Positions 22,101 to 31,862 are shown, counted from the first letter of the stretch. The stretch is 64,000 nt of DNA from Candidatus Wolframiiraptor gerlachensis (GCA_021323375.2 JAJPCT020000025.1:22583-86582), one strand, 5' to 3'. A program made the numbers and translations. The notes: a model not told the origin generated them from the letters alone.

Positions 22101-22216
22101 TGAGAAGTGTTCCTAGGAGGCTTGCTCAGAGGCTTACTGAACTTCTAGAGACCGAGGCTAGGAGTGCGTATCTGGCACATCTGGTCGCGGGGGAGCTTTG
22201 CGGCACAGGATCCTAG
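19115..22216 (+). CDS. SF2 helicase, Hrq1/MrfA-like, with large C-terminal extension
   Basis: 'LYTHQ' Q-motif, 'GTGSGKT', 'YPTLALANDQ', 'TNP', 'GIDIG', 'QREGRKGRR'; motif II reads DDFD. Confidence 0.8.
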   Translation: MKTAKILERLGYDYFSFEIPPELPEISNIRFGDLIPELERSGSPLCRRIASQRLYTHQVKAMEALRRGENLVLKSGTGSGKTEAWFLRVALDGVGALAVYPTLALANDQLNRLREYGSALGFKVMALDAVKRDELVKSIGYRGLRREIAESRIVITNPAFLLNELKKMGAGKASLLRPFLEKAGMIVIDDFDFYGPRSIALLFSMIRLLLRLTNPSIQLAFMTAALANPEEVAEYLTSINGRKTVIVDGKSFHPRNLVYIVLGKSLTAVWDRVRAALADKMEMLGEDVRRALSDFQQFKKYYFRVLDAARGLGVEIPDVSLDIAEILEHYLDDDGVTIVFTRNIARAEEVARRVRLRAGEGAGIASHHHLLSKRFREEVEESARAGRIKVIVSPRTLSQGIDIGLVKRIVHVGLPDSLREFKQREGRKGRRPEIEETETVIIPQGAWDHELLSRGVEALRKWMELPQEKVMVNRDNLYGKFFEALFKYVSPSLRQELTQDELRLLRELGLESDGELTRRGKMTWLKMNFYEFAPAYGIKRIRVSRLGDQEYLEDISHVDLVEKFQIGCIDYSSDGVVVEHKLGGRSSRTVTAVYVEDLSEGVLRRHDALAQVLEEYEKAKWRWGERPDLRRDYFAGKIHTDVRCVVHAPSNGFGLYTKIPNRVIWRIISDKRLIKVIGERTITIRESRTIEVPAPTNGIYTDYTYGISFEVSPEEDPQLLRLGLAFLIIALRRILGIAFDTIKYDIMIMGERKVVGMHETESAGLLSRINWQDLAEKIREYEPDELDEVFLEEVDELAYSSFITLKLDWDLVKRQTLKILDYLLLRERLRIELAGRSITIPKPSRALRLASIAAVSILLREDLRSGLYGVAIFDGEEALTSAGFYELGAPDKSHSSLLTYLNSLIDQGFSIIVYDLKAVSRALEEAGLASLKIILEGLRASNKMIEAGRELMEALGEPVSLELFEELMGLEKEVRLQDLIYAAEEEKRRIPKISFLRSVPRRLAQRLTELLETEARSAYLAHLVAGELCGTGS

Positions 22217-25074
22217 CGGCCCACCTCGAGCCTCCTCTGGAGCGCCTTTTTCTCCGCCTCTATCAGGAGCTCTATCAGCCTCATGGACTCACCGCGCTCT
22301 TCCTCCAGTATCCTCGTTATCTCCTTGAGTGTTAGGCCTCGTGCTGAGAGAGCTATTGCCGCCGTTCTACCATACTTGGAGATTAGGACCGCGTTCCTCT
22401 TCAACTCGGCCATTATCCTCCGCTCCTTCCTGTTTATCGGCCTACCTCTTCTCGCGATAAGGCCCAAGACCTCCTCCCTCGAGTGCTTTGTCAGCCCGAT
22501 GAGCTTCGATCCACAGACCGGGCACTTAGGCTCCTCTGGAAGCTCCTTAACCGCCAACTGTTCATAATATTCATAACATTCTGTGCAGACCGCGAGCCAT
22601 TGCTCGCCGAAGAGCCTTCCCCGAACCGCCATCAGGACAACCCTCTTCATCCGCTCCGGCGTCGAGACCTCTCCTTCGTTCTCAAACCTGCTAAGAGTAA
22701 GCTTTGCCAGAGGCGATGGATCCCCGCTCGGCGACCTCCAGAAGTACACGTTAAGCCCGCCCTCGATAATCTGCCTGAGGATCATCCTCGCCCTCTCCGG
22801 ATCATAATCGTGGAAGATTGTGTAGTTCATGGTCTCCCGATATACCGGAGTATCCTTGAGGGCCTCGGCGAGCTGATTGAGGTTCAGATCCACTAGGCTC
22901 GCCTCATGCTCTATCACGCCCATCTTCCTCGCCACGTGGACGAGCCTCCGCTTGAAGAGCGTGGACCCCTCTATGCTCCTCCTCAAAATCTCATCGAAGT
23001 TCTCCAAGACCTCTCGCATCGCCTTGAAGACGGCATCCCCGGAGATCAGTCTGGATCTGAGCGCTATCCTGTATGGATCCTGCTGAGCCCTGATCGGCGC
23101 CCCAAGCTTCTCGGAGAGATGGTGGCTTATCAGCCTCTGGTTTGTCCGATTCACCTTGAGCCCGCCATGTATGTGGAGGATCACGTATTCACCGGCCTCC
23201 TCTATTACTATGTCGCGGTCTGTTGGCACGGGTATCCCGCGTCTCAGATGGGCCTCCACCTCCCTCAAAGCCTTGAGAACGATCTGCGCATCCACGCCAT
23301 ATCTCCCCGCAATATCCCTTGCGATGAGATCCCTCGGCTCTCCGGCGAGGACCCTATCCCGATACTCCCTCCTCAGGGCGCCGACCTCCATCGCCACTTC
23401 ATAGGGGACTGGTATCTCCTCTCCAACCCAGCTCGGGATCGCGCCCTCATAATCCTCAAGCGGCGCGACATAGATCCTATCTCCGCTAACATGATGAATC
23501 TCCCAGGCCCTCCCCATCAGGATGAACCTCGTGCCAGGCTCACCATACTCCGCAACAAACTCCTCATCAAGTATTCCAACAGGCTCCCCACTCGACTCAT
23601 CTATCACAACATATTGCCTCTCCTCCGGGATCATCGAGAGATTGTTAAAGTAGTAGTCGTAGAAGGCTCGGCTATTCCTCGGTTTAGCCACCTGATCATC
23701 TCTTAGATCCGCTATCCCGAGGCTTCTCATGTGCTCAATGACCTGTCTCAGCTCCTCGAGCTTCAAATCCCTGTAATTGTAGGCTCTCCCGACTATCTCG
23801 AGGATCTCTGAGATCCCGATCCTGCCATATTCTATGAGGAGTCCTGCTATCTGGTGCATTAGCGCATCATAGCATTTCATGGGTATCTCGGGCTTCTCGA
23901 GGAGCTCGAGCATCGCCCTCCTCGCTATCACCATGGCCTCAAGCGCATCGTCAGAATCTATGGCTATCACCACGCCCTTCGCAGTCCTCCCCACTCCATG
24001 GCCACTCCTCCCAACCCTCTGAATCAGCCGCGTAACCTCCCTAGGCGAATTATACTGAATCACGAGATCTATTCTCCCCACATCTATGCCGAGCTCCAAG
24101 GATGATGTGCAGACTATGCCGGCAAGCTTCCCCGTCTTCAAAGCCTCCTCCGTTAAGATCCTCGTCGTCTTCGACAACGAGCCATGATGTATCCCTATGC
24201 GCACCTGCTCATCCCAGACCCTGAACCTGTTCGTCAGTATCTCGGCGAGCGGCCTCGTATTCGTGAAAATCAGGGTTGAGTTATGGGACTCGACAAGCTC
24301 CCTGATCACCCGCAGCCTCGCGGCCACATCCGGGTAGACCCCTATGCTCTCGGCGAGGACAACATCCTCCTCATCTGGGTCGGGGTAGAGGACTGTTATG
24401 CTCATGCTCCTCGCTACCGGCACCTTGACTATCTCGCAGCTCCTGCCAACACCGGCCAAGAACTCCGCAATGGATTCCGGCTCACCTATCGTCGCGGATA
24501 ATCCTATCCTCTGAAAATCCCTCTCCGTGATTCTCGTCAGCCTCTCGAGGCCGACGGAGAGCTGGGCGCCCCGTTTATCAGTCGCGAGCTCATGAATCTC
24601 ATCTATTATGACCCATCGCACGTTCCTGAGATGGCCCCTCAGAACCCTGCCCGTTAAAATGACCTGAAGGGTCTCGGGTGTTGTTATCAGTATGTCGGGC
24701 GGCTCAAGCGTCTGGATCCTTCTCTCTCTCGGGCCTGTATCACCATGCCTGACAGCAGTCCTGAGATCAAGCCTTTGCGCCCACCACTCGATCCTCTCCA
24801 GTAGATCCCTGTTCAGGGCTCTGAGGGGCGTTATGTAGATGACCTTGATGCCGGGAGACCTCGCCTCCACTAAGAGCTTGCTGAGGATTGGGAGGAGGGC
24901 GGCCTCCGTCTTACCCGTCCCAGTCGGCGCCATGAGCAGAAGATTCCTGCCGGCTAGGATCTTGGGTATCGCCTCCCGCTGAGGCTCCGTGAGATGCTTA
25001 AACCTCTCCCTGAAGAGGGCCTCGACCGGCTTAGCCAGCATCCCGAGAACAGTCTCCTCATCGAGCAGTGACAT
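22213..25074 (-). CDS. lhr: Lhr-family ATP-dependent helicase
   Basis: 'APTGTGKT', 'TTPE', 'DEIHE', 'GLSAT', 'SSLELGID', 'QRVGRSGH'; C-terminal zinc ribbon. Confidence 0.92.
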   Translation of the reverse strand: MSLLDEETVLGMLAKPVEALFRERFKHLTEPQREAIPKILAGRNLLLMAPTGTGKTEAALLPILSKLLVEARSPGIKVIYITPLRALNRDLLERIEWWAQRLDLRTAVRHGDTGPRERRIQTLEPPDILITTPETLQVILTGRVLRGHLRNVRWVIIDEIHELATDKRGAQLSVGLERLTRITERDFQRIGLSATIGEPESIAEFLAGVGRSCEIVKVPVARSMSITVLYPDPDEEDVVLAESIGVYPDVAARLRVIRELVESHNSTLIFTNTRPLAEILTNRFRVWDEQVRIGIHHGSLSKTTRILTEEALKTGKLAGIVCTSSLELGIDVGRIDLVIQYNSPREVTRLIQRVGRSGHGVGRTAKGVVIAIDSDDALEAMVIARRAMLELLEKPEIPMKCYDALMHQIAGLLIEYGRIGISEILEIVGRAYNYRDLKLEELRQVIEHMRSLGIADLRDDQVAKPRNSRAFYDYYFNNLSMIPEERQYVVIDESSGEPVGILDEEFVAEYGEPGTRFILMGRAWEIHHVSGDRIYVAPLEDYEGAIPSWVGEEIPVPYEVAMEVGALRREYRDRVLAGEPRDLIARDIAGRYGVDAQIVLKALREVEAHLRRGIPVPTDRDIVIEEAGEYVILHIHGGLKVNRTNQRLISHHLSEKLGAPIRAQQDPYRIALRSRLISGDAVFKAMREVLENFDEILRRSIEGSTLFKRRLVHVARKMGVIEHEASLVDLNLNQLAEALKDTPVYRETMNYTIFHDYDPERARMILRQIIEGGLNVYFWRSPSGDPSPLAKLTLSRFENEGEVSTPERMKRVVLMAVRGRLFGEQWLAVCTECYEYYEQLAVKELPEEPKCPVCGSKLIGLTKHSREEVLGLIARRGRPINRKERRIMAELKRNAVLISKYGRTAAIALSARGLTLKEITRILEEERGESMRLIELLIEAEKKALQRRLEVGR

Positions 25075-25209
25075 GATCCTCCAGCCTTTCCAGCAACCAT
25101 GAATGATCAGATCCCGAGGAAATAAGTATGTATCGGCTTAATAGCCCGAGGCTGGAGAAGATGCCCATAGAACATGGCCCTCAAATCATGTTAAGAGAAA
25201 AAGAGGGGA

Positions 25210-25590
25210 TTATGTTTCGGCGCTCTGGCACGGGGCATGCAACCCCTCAGCGCGCTCGATATTCTTCAGGGCCGTGATTCCCGTCATGTAGCGGCTTATC
25301 ATGAGGATCGTGGCCCAAGTTAGCGTGATCGCCGCCGTCATCGCGACGCCTATCGTGGCCATTTCATGAAGTATTATCTGGATGCCCGTGGAGCTCGTCA
25401 TCGCGGTCAGGAATGGGGGCCATGGGACTATCTCTCCATGCCAGGCATGCTCGAGCGCCAGCAGAATCGACCCGCCCCAGAGAAGCGCGTTGAGAATCCA
25501 GAGCTTCAGCCTCTCTGCCAAGCCTCGAGCCGTCTTCTGCATGATCGAGGTTGTCACGGCGAGGATCATGGGGACTAGAAAGCACGCCAT
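25210..25590 (-). CDS. Small membrane protein ('MACFLVP...LEHAWHGE')
   Basis: Three hydrophobic segments and an HxxH motif. Confidence 0.65.
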   Translation of the reverse strand: MACFLVPMILAVTTSIMQKTARGLAERLKLWILNALLWGGSILLALEHAWHGEIVPWPPFLTAMTSSTGIQIILHEMATIGVAMTAAITLTWATILMISRYMTGITALKNIERAEGLHAPCQSAET

Positions 25591-25692
25591 ATGCCTCTTC
25601 CTCCTTGTAACACTGTTGACGCTATTCAGTAACACCAATATAAGCCTTTCCAGCAAGACTTATCCCAAAGCCAGCGCATCGCCATAGCCGCC

Positions 25693-25986
25693 ATGTGGCT
25701 CCTAATCCTAGCCTTCGCAGCCACCATCATCACCCCATTATGGTACTTGATGGCCGATAATGACCGGTACATGCTTAGGCTTCTCTGCCTCATCCTCTGG
25801 GGGGCCACGATAATGGCCCTTATAGACCGCGTGGTTGGATACATGATGGAGGGAGGCGAGTTCATAGAGCTGACGCCGGAGGCCGCGGCGCTGGGCCTCA
25901 CCATGCTACTAGCAGCCCTGATAATATGGGAGATAACATTACTTGTAAGAGACCCGAGAGGCGTGCTGCGCAGGAGGCGCAAATAG
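25693..25986 (+). CDS. Small three-TM membrane protein
   Basis: Hydrophobic 97-aa ORF. Confidence 0.65.
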   Translation: MWLLILAFAATIITPLWYLMADNDRYMLRLLCLILWGATIMALIDRVVGYMMEGGEFIELTPEAAALGLTMLLAALIIWEITLLVRDPRGVLRRRRK

Positions 25987-26018
25987 GAAAAGGAGGCATA
26001 TTCGCAATGGATGCACTG

Positions 26019-26897
26019 CTATGCTTTCCCACCGAACTCCTCATATAATTTCTTCCTATTTGCCTCTAGGAGGTTCTCGTTAAGCCCCATGTAGGCGGCC
26101 GCCGTGCATATTCTCACGCCGCATACATCCGCCCAATCCATCACGGATCTCACCCTGCTTCTCCACTCCAGATCCCGAAGAAGATGATGGTCTAAGATCA
26201 TTTCTTGGAGGAATCCTCTGCCGATTATCTCCGAGATGTTCCTTATTGACTCCCTGAGAACGTCATCCTTCAACCTGTATCCGAGCATGTATGTCATGGG
26301 CCCATCACAGATCAACATGTCAGGCCTATTGTCGAGGATAAACTTCACCTGATCCTTGGAGACGAAGCCCTCTACATCCGATGAGTGTATAAGCTTCTCG
26401 CCGCGCTCCTCTATGAGGACCTCAAGCACGTAGCCAAGCTTCGGATCATCCCCATGCTCGACCGGGTTGGAGAACCTGATCCTGCATCCACCGATCCTCA
26501 GCTCCCGGGAGTCCGCGACCTCAACCCTCACATCGAGCTTTCTAAGCCTCTCGAGAAAGATCCGCGACCTAACCTTCTGGCTGAAGTTGATCATGTGCTC
26601 TGCATCCTTCAAGAGTATTCTCTTGCCCCTCAGCCACCCGATATCCTCCCCCGGCCTCGGGAAATGATCATAATGATAATGCGTGATTATTATCAGGTCT
26701 GCCTCGGATGCTTCATGCTCTATAGCGCGTTTATGCTCCCTCAGCTTCTCAAGCTCTATCGGATGCGGCTTCAGCCCATATCGCCATGGCCCAAGAGCGG
26801 CTCCCGGATCGATAATGATCCGCGCATCATCAGCCTCCACTAGCGTGCACATGCTTCGAGTTCCCATGCTATCGAATGCTAGGAATCTCACCCTCAT
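26019..26897 (-). CDS. MBL-fold hydrolase (UPF0282-like)
   Basis: 'DSMGTRSM', 'THYHYDH', 'SDVEG', 'DHHLLRD'. Confidence 0.85.
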   Translation of the reverse strand: MRVRFLAFDSMGTRSMCTLVEADDARIIIDPGAALGPWRYGLKPHPIELEKLREHKRAIEHEASEADLIIITHYHYDHFPRPGEDIGWLRGKRILLKDAEHMINFSQKVRSRIFLERLRKLDVRVEVADSRELRIGGCRIRFSNPVEHGDDPKLGYVLEVLIEERGEKLIHSSDVEGFVSKDQVKFILDNRPDMLICDGPMTYMLGYRLKDDVLRESIRNISEIIGRGFLQEMILDHHLLRDLEWRSRVRSVMDWADVCGVRICTAAAYMGLNENLLEANRKKLYEEFGGKA

Positions 26898-27400
26898 CTC
26901 TCTTCAGCAACCCTAGAGCCGCATAATGGGCAGTAAATGGAGTCTGATGGTATCTGGCGGCCGCATGACGGGCACTCGATAAGCTCCACCTCCTCCTCGG
27001 CCATCTCGGCCTCCGGCCTCGCAGCCTCCTCCACTGCCGCTACCTCTACCTCGCGCTCAATCCCCCGCTCAGCCCTAAGCTCCGCAACGAGGAGAGCCAG
27101 CGCTGGGGATGCTATGAGGCCCAAAGCCAAGTAGGGCCAATCAAAATACACCCGAGATGATGCGGCCAAGAATAATCCCGAGAGATAGTTCGTCAAGAAT
27201 GATGCAGCGGAGCCCGAGAGCGGAGGTATGATGGAGTAGTGGCTGCGGATAAGTAGGCCCGAGATGATCGCGGAGGCGATTGCGGCAGACATGATTATGA
27301 TAACGAGGACCATGTATGAGCTCGTTAAAGCTGATAGTATGTAAGGTAGCAGGAAGAGAAGGTAGGAGATTATCGAGGTGGCGGCAAACCTACCAATCAA
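26894..27400 (-). CDS. Membrane protein with C-terminal zinc ribbon
   Basis: Four TM segments plus 'CPSCG...YCPLCG'. Confidence 0.7.
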   Translation of the reverse strand: MIGRFAATSIISYLLFLLPYILSALTSSYMVLVIIIMSAAIASAIISGLLIRSHYSIIPPLSGSAASFLTNYLSGLFLAASSRVYFDWPYLALGLIASPALALLVAELRAERGIEREVEVAAVEEAARPEAEMAEEEVELIECPSCGRQIPSDSIYCPLCGSRVAEER

Positions 27401-27614
27401 CTCCCAATATACTATCCGTTGAGCACTATTTTATAGATTATGGTTAATGCATCTCCCCGCGCGGCGCAGGCTTCCAAGATACAATCCTCCAGTAAGATCC
27501 ATGAACTATCATCGTCAGACCTAGTGATGATCATTTTCCTCGAGTAGCTATGCTTCCCATGCTCCAGTGACCTGGATCAAAGTTTTTATCCCGAGCTTTG
27601 CTCTGGGTGCAAGG

Positions 27615-28580
27615 ATGCTGGAAGCCATGGTCTCCGGCTTGGTGACATTTTTTCTGGCGCCCGCGGTGATTATGCTGGGAAGGCGGCTCGAGATCGTGGG
27701 CGTGGATGTCCATAAGCCCTGGAAGCCCATCGTTCCGAAGACAGGCGGCCTCGCGATAATCCTCGGCGCGACCGCCGGCATGATCCTCGGAGCACATGTA
27801 AGCGGATTCCAGCTCCTCATACCAGTAATCCTCTCCTGCCTAGTCGCCGCCTCCATAGGCCTCATAGAAGATCTACGGGGGGAGATAAATCCCAGACTCA
27901 AACCCCTCCTGCTCATCTTCGCATCCCTACCCATCCTTATCTCAGGAGCATATTCTCCTAGGCCGCTCATCCCATTCCTCGGGAGGACGAGGCTCTACAG
28001 AGTATATCCCGTGCTAGTTATAGCATCCTATCCGGTGGTCTGCAACGCCATCAATGGTCTTGATGTCCTCAATGGCTCGGCCCTCCTAACATCCATCCCC
28101 TTCCTCATAATGAGCTCCGTGATCTTCTATATGCGGGGCGACCTCCAGCTCCTCATTCTAAGCCTAGTATTTCTCGCGGCCGCTGTGGCCATGCTCCCTT
28201 ACAACATGTATCCAGCCAAGACGTTCATCGGCAACTCTGGGAGCCTCTTCATTGGAGCAGGGATAACCTCCATAGCCATAATGGGGGGCATCGAGGTGGC
28301 GGCGATAATAGCCCTCATGCCCCATATAATGAACGAGATGTATGTGCTGTTCTCTATTCGAGGGCTCAAATCGGCCAAGAACATCGGCAAAAGGCCCGTC
28401 ATAGTTGAGGATGGCGTGCTAACGGCCTCCAAAGACCCAGACGCGCCGATAACGCTCCTGAGGATGATCTGCGCCGGCAATAGGATTGATGAGAGGAGGG
28501 CTGTCTATGCCATGACCCTGATCTCCGCCTTCGCCACGCTCCTTGGATTCCTGACGCACATCCTGCTATTGGGAGGCTGA
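27615..28580 (+). CDS. MraY/GPT-family glycosyltransferase (AglH-like GlcNAc-1-P transferase)
   Basis: 'GVDVHKP', 'GLIED', 'NAINGLDVLNG', 'YPAKTFIGNSG'. Confidence 0.8.
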   Translation: MLEAMVSGLVTFFLAPAVIMLGRRLEIVGVDVHKPWKPIVPKTGGLAIILGATAGMILGAHVSGFQLLIPVILSCLVAASIGLIEDLRGEINPRLKPLLLIFASLPILISGAYSPRPLIPFLGRTRLYRVYPVLVIASYPVVCNAINGLDVLNGSALLTSIPFLIMSSVIFYMRGDLQLLILSLVFLAAAVAMLPYNMYPAKTFIGNSGSLFIGAGITSIAIMGGIEVAAIIALMPHIMNEMYVLFSIRGLKSAKNIGKRPVIVEDGVLTASKDPDAPITLLRMICAGNRIDERRAVYAMTLISAFATLLGFLTHILLLGG

Positions 28581-28586
28581 GCGAGA

Positions 28587-28835
28587 ATGGGCTTGGCGAG
28601 AAACATTCTCATGATAATTGTTCTCCTGATCCTGGTTTGGGCAATATTCCTCCTTGTAAGCTACGTGATCACTGTTACGGTGCTCTATACGCTAGAGCTT
28701 CCCGGAGACACGATTATAAGCATCGCCAGGGTGGTGCTTGGGCTCATAATCGCCGGAGCATGGATTCTAGGATGGTATAAGCTCACTAAGCTCTGGCTGT
28801 ACAAAATTCTACTAGCTAGAAAGCGGGAAACTTAA
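28587..28835 (+). CDS. Small two-TM protein
   Basis: Hydrophobic ORF within the operon. Confidence 0.6.
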   Translation: MGLARNILMIIVLLILVWAIFLLVSYVITVTVLYTLELPGDTIISIARVVLGLIIAGAWILGWYKLTKLWLYKILLARKRET

Positions 28836-28869
28836 GAGCGGGCGGTTCACTGGTGAAGGCTGACTAGGC

Positions 28870-29835
28870 TTGTGGAAGGATTTGAGCGTCGGCGTTGTCG
28901 GGGTCGGCTCCTGGGGCAGGAATCATGTCAGGGTATTAAGGTCGCTCGGCGTAGCCGTGGCCGCCGTATGCGATGTGAACGAGGAGCGGGCGAGGAGTGT
29001 GGCGAGGGAGTATGGTGTGGAGAGATACTACACGAGCCTTGACGCGATGCTCAGCCGAGAGAGCCTTGACGCCGTGACGATCTGCACGCCTTCGATAACC
29101 CATGCGGACTGCGCTGTTAAGGCGCTTGAGATAGGCCTCCACACCTTCGTCGAGAAACCCCTAGCATCAAACATTGAGGGATGCTTGAGGATAATTGATG
29201 CGATGAAGTCTAGCGGCAGGATAGTCATGACCGGGTTCATCGAGAGGTTCAACCCAGCGGTCAGGAAGGCCATGGAGCTCCTTGAGACCGATGAGATAGG
29301 TGAGATACTGATGATCCATGGGAGGAGGATTGGCTGGTGGCCCGAGAGGATAGGGGACGTGGGGGTGGTCAAGGACACGGCGATCCACGACATAGATCTT
29401 ACGAGATTCATCTTGAAAGAGGATCCAACACAGGTTTATGCTAGGGGTGGGAGACACTTCCACAAGCTCGAGGATCATGTTCAGGCGATACTCTCGTTTG
29501 AGAATGGCTTGAAGGCGGCGTTCATAGAGGCTAACTGGCTCACGCCGAGAAAGAAGAGGGAGATGGAGCTTACGGGGAGCGGCGGCGTCATCTCGATAAA
29601 GTTCCTGACCCAGGAGGTCTCGCTCGAGAAGGCGGACATGGTGATCGAGCCGATAGTGAGGCAGGATGAGCCGCTCAAGCTCGAGCTCCAGCACTTCGTG
29701 GAGTGTGTGTCGAGTGGTGGTAAGCCGCTGGCCGACGCCTTTGACGGGTTAAAGGCCGTGGCCATCGCCGAGGCGATACTCGAGTCCATCGAGACGGGAC
29801 GGGTCATCGAGCTTGACCTGAAGAGCATCGTGTAG
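28870..29835 (+). CDS. Gfo/Idh/MocA oxidoreductase
   Basis: 'GVGSWG.NH', 'VEKP', 'ERFNP', 'DTAIHDID'. Confidence 0.9.
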   Translation: MWKDLSVGVVGVGSWGRNHVRVLRSLGVAVAAVCDVNEERARSVAREYGVERYYTSLDAMLSRESLDAVTICTPSITHADCAVKALEIGLHTFVEKPLASNIEGCLRIIDAMKSSGRIVMTGFIERFNPAVRKAMELLETDEIGEILMIHGRRIGWWPERIGDVGVVKDTAIHDIDLTRFILKEDPTQVYARGGRHFHKLEDHVQAILSFENGLKAAFIEANWLTPRKKREMELTGSGGVISIKFLTQEVSLEKADMVIEPIVRQDEPLKLELQHFVECVSSGGKPLADAFDGLKAVAIAEAILESIETGRVIELDLKSIV

Positions 29836-29847
29836 GGGTGGCCTAAC

Positions 29848-30894
29848 ATGTCCTCGGAGGTCTGGACCATTAGATGGATTGATGGCGTTGTGGAGATTCT
29901 TGATCAGAGGCTTCTACCTCATAGGGTGAGGTATCTCCGTCTCAGGACGGCGAGGCAGGTGGCTAGGGCCATAAGGGATATGGCGATTAGAGGTGCTCCA
30001 GCGATAGGCGTCGCCGCCGCGATGGGGATGGCGCTAACAGCATATCATTCTAGGGCAAAGGCTCGTGAGAAGATCCTAGAGCAGCTTAGGAGGAGCTATG
30101 AGGTTCTGAGGAGCAGCAGGCCTACGGCCGTGAACCTCTTCTGGGCTCTTGACAGGATGATGAGGCTCGCTGAGTCGCTTGGCAGCATCGAGGAGATCAG
30201 GTCTAGGCTCGTGGAGGAGGCCCTGAGGATAATGGAGGAGGATGTTGAGGCGAATAGGAGGATAGGTGAGAATGGCGCGAGGCTTATAGAGGATGGGGAC
30301 CGGATACTGACCCACTGTAATGCTGGGGCCTTGGCGACGGCGGGCTATGGGACTGCTCTCGGCGTGATAAGAGCAGCGCATGCTCAGGGTAAGAAAATCA
30401 TGGTCTATGCATGCGAGACGAGGCCAAAGCTTCAGGGGGCTAAGCTCACTACATGGGAGCTACTAAGAGACGGAATTCCCGTCAAGCTGATAACGGATAA
30501 CATGGCAGCATTCCTCATGCAGCGCGGGGAGGTGGATAAGGTGATCGTTGGAGCGGATAGGATACTCGCGAGGACCGGCCACGTGATAAACAAGATCGGG
30601 ACACTATGCCACGCGATATGCGCGAAATATTATGGGATACCGTTTCTCGTGGCCGCACCCACCTCGACGATAGACTTCGAGAGCAGGCTCGAGGACGTGG
30701 TCATAGAGGAGAGGGATCCGAGGGAGGTTCTCTATATGAATGGTAGGCGGATAGCGCCGGAGGGTGTTGAGGCCTGGAACCCCGCCTTCGACATAACACC
30801 ACCCGAGCTCGTCACATACATAATCACCGAGAAGGGAGTTTACAGGCCGGAGGAGCTCAGAGAAATAGGTTCAGGAGTGTTATCAGGAGAATAG
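29848..30894 (+). CDS. mtnA: Methylthioribose-1-phosphate isomerase
   Basis: 'IRGAPAIG', 'RPTAVNL', 'THCNAG', 'ETRP.LQG', 'NPAFDITP'. Confidence 0.92.
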   Translation: MSSEVWTIRWIDGVVEILDQRLLPHRVRYLRLRTARQVARAIRDMAIRGAPAIGVAAAMGMALTAYHSRAKAREKILEQLRRSYEVLRSSRPTAVNLFWALDRMMRLAESLGSIEEIRSRLVEEALRIMEEDVEANRRIGENGARLIEDGDRILTHCNAGALATAGYGTALGVIRAAHAQGKKIMVYACETRPKLQGAKLTTWELLRDGIPVKLITDNMAAFLMQRGEVDKVIVGADRILARTGHVINKIGTLCHAICAKYYGIPFLVAAPTSTIDFESRLEDVVIEERDPREVLYMNGRRIAPEGVEAWNPAFDITPPELVTYIITEKGVYRPEELREIGSGVLSGE

Positions 30895-31486
30895 TTGCAG
30901 CTCCTATTGCAAGGGATTTCAGGCCGGATATGATCAAGTTGCTCCTCGCGATCCTTCCTAAGAATAGGCCTAGAGTGAATAGAAAGCTTAGCGAGAGCCC
31001 TAGAGAGATGTAGAAGGCGAGATGCAGGTTCAGCAAGCCGGAAAGCACGGCGAAATATGGTGATAATGGGACTAGGCCTGCTAGGAGTGCCGCGAGCGCG
31101 TCCACTATTGCTGAGAAGACTGCAGCCCTCTTCCTCGCCTCTGCTATGATCGAGTTGTCAAGCCTCGTGAGCATCGCTTCCTCGAGCTCTCTTATCCTCC
31201 TCTCCTGCTCAGCCCTCTCAGCCATGTATGTCCCGCTAACGCCCGAGATCGCCATAGCTATTAGGGCGCCAACCCCAGCAGCGACAACATTGCCCGCGCT
31301 GGCCTCGCCAAGCAGCGTCGAGCCGAGAACTATCCCGAGAATCGTCACTACTCCATCAAACGCATTCATGACAGCATATCTCCTAGAGAACTCCCCAGCG
31401 CCAGAATACCTCATTATCCTAGAGATCGAGCCCCTTAACAGCCTGATCATCCCAAGCTCATCTCCATTATTCGAAGACCACCTCAT
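30857..31486 (-). CDS. VIT1/CCC1-like membrane protein (TIGR00267-type)
   Basis: 'RRYAVMNAFDG', 'SGTYMAERAE'. Confidence 0.8.
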   Translation of the reverse strand: MRWSSNNGDELGMIRLLRGSISRIMRYSGAGEFSRRYAVMNAFDGVVTILGIVLGSTLLGEASAGNVVAAGVGALIAMAISGVSGTYMAERAEQERRIRELEEAMLTRLDNSIIAEARKRAAVFSAIVDALAALLAGLVPLSPYFAVLSGLLNLHLAFYISLGLSLSFLFTLGLFLGRIARSNLIISGLKSLAIGAATILLITLLNLFL

Positions 31487-31727
31487 CCACGCTATGAATC
31501 GCGCCGCCCAGCTCCCTCACCCGCTCCTTCAGCGCCTCGAAGTCTATGTCCCTCCCCTCCACAGTGATCTTCACCGTATCCGTCTCGGCGTCAACCTCCA
31601 CGACCACCGCTGATACCTTCTTCACGCCCTCAACCTCAGAGAGCGATCTACAGAACTCGATGAGATCCGGGATATGGGGCTTTAACACATCGAGGACAAG
31701 CCTAGACAATGAGGGGCGTTTAGACAC
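31467..31727 (-). CDS. DUF211 family protein
   Basis: 'LVLDVLKPH', 'GGAIHSVDEV'; start codon uncertain. Confidence 0.85.
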   Translation of the reverse strand: MSKRPSLSRLVLDVLKPHIPDLIEFCRSLSEVEGVKKVSAVVVEVDAETDTVKITVEGRDIDFEALKERVRELGGAIHSVDEVVFE

Positions 31728-31862
31728 CCTTTATTCACCCAACCTAGATATCGCCTGTGAGGCCGGGTTAAAAAAGATTAAGCCTCATGCTTAAAATGGC
31801 GCGAGTAGAAAGGCCCGAAACCTTTAATCCTGCTCATAGGAGAATCGGATTACGGGACGAGT

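Noticed and set aside
22283-24501. Numerous antisense ORFs over lhr (and over other long genes)
   Set aside because: Shadow frames of high-GC coding DNA with no motifs.
25079-25157. CTCCAGCCT/AGGCTGGAG inverted repeat upstream of lhr
   Set aside because: A single 9-bp stem with a long loop and no second copy or other support.
27524-27575. GTGATGA as the start of a box C/D sRNA
   Set aside because: No CTGA D or D' boxes at suitable spacing.
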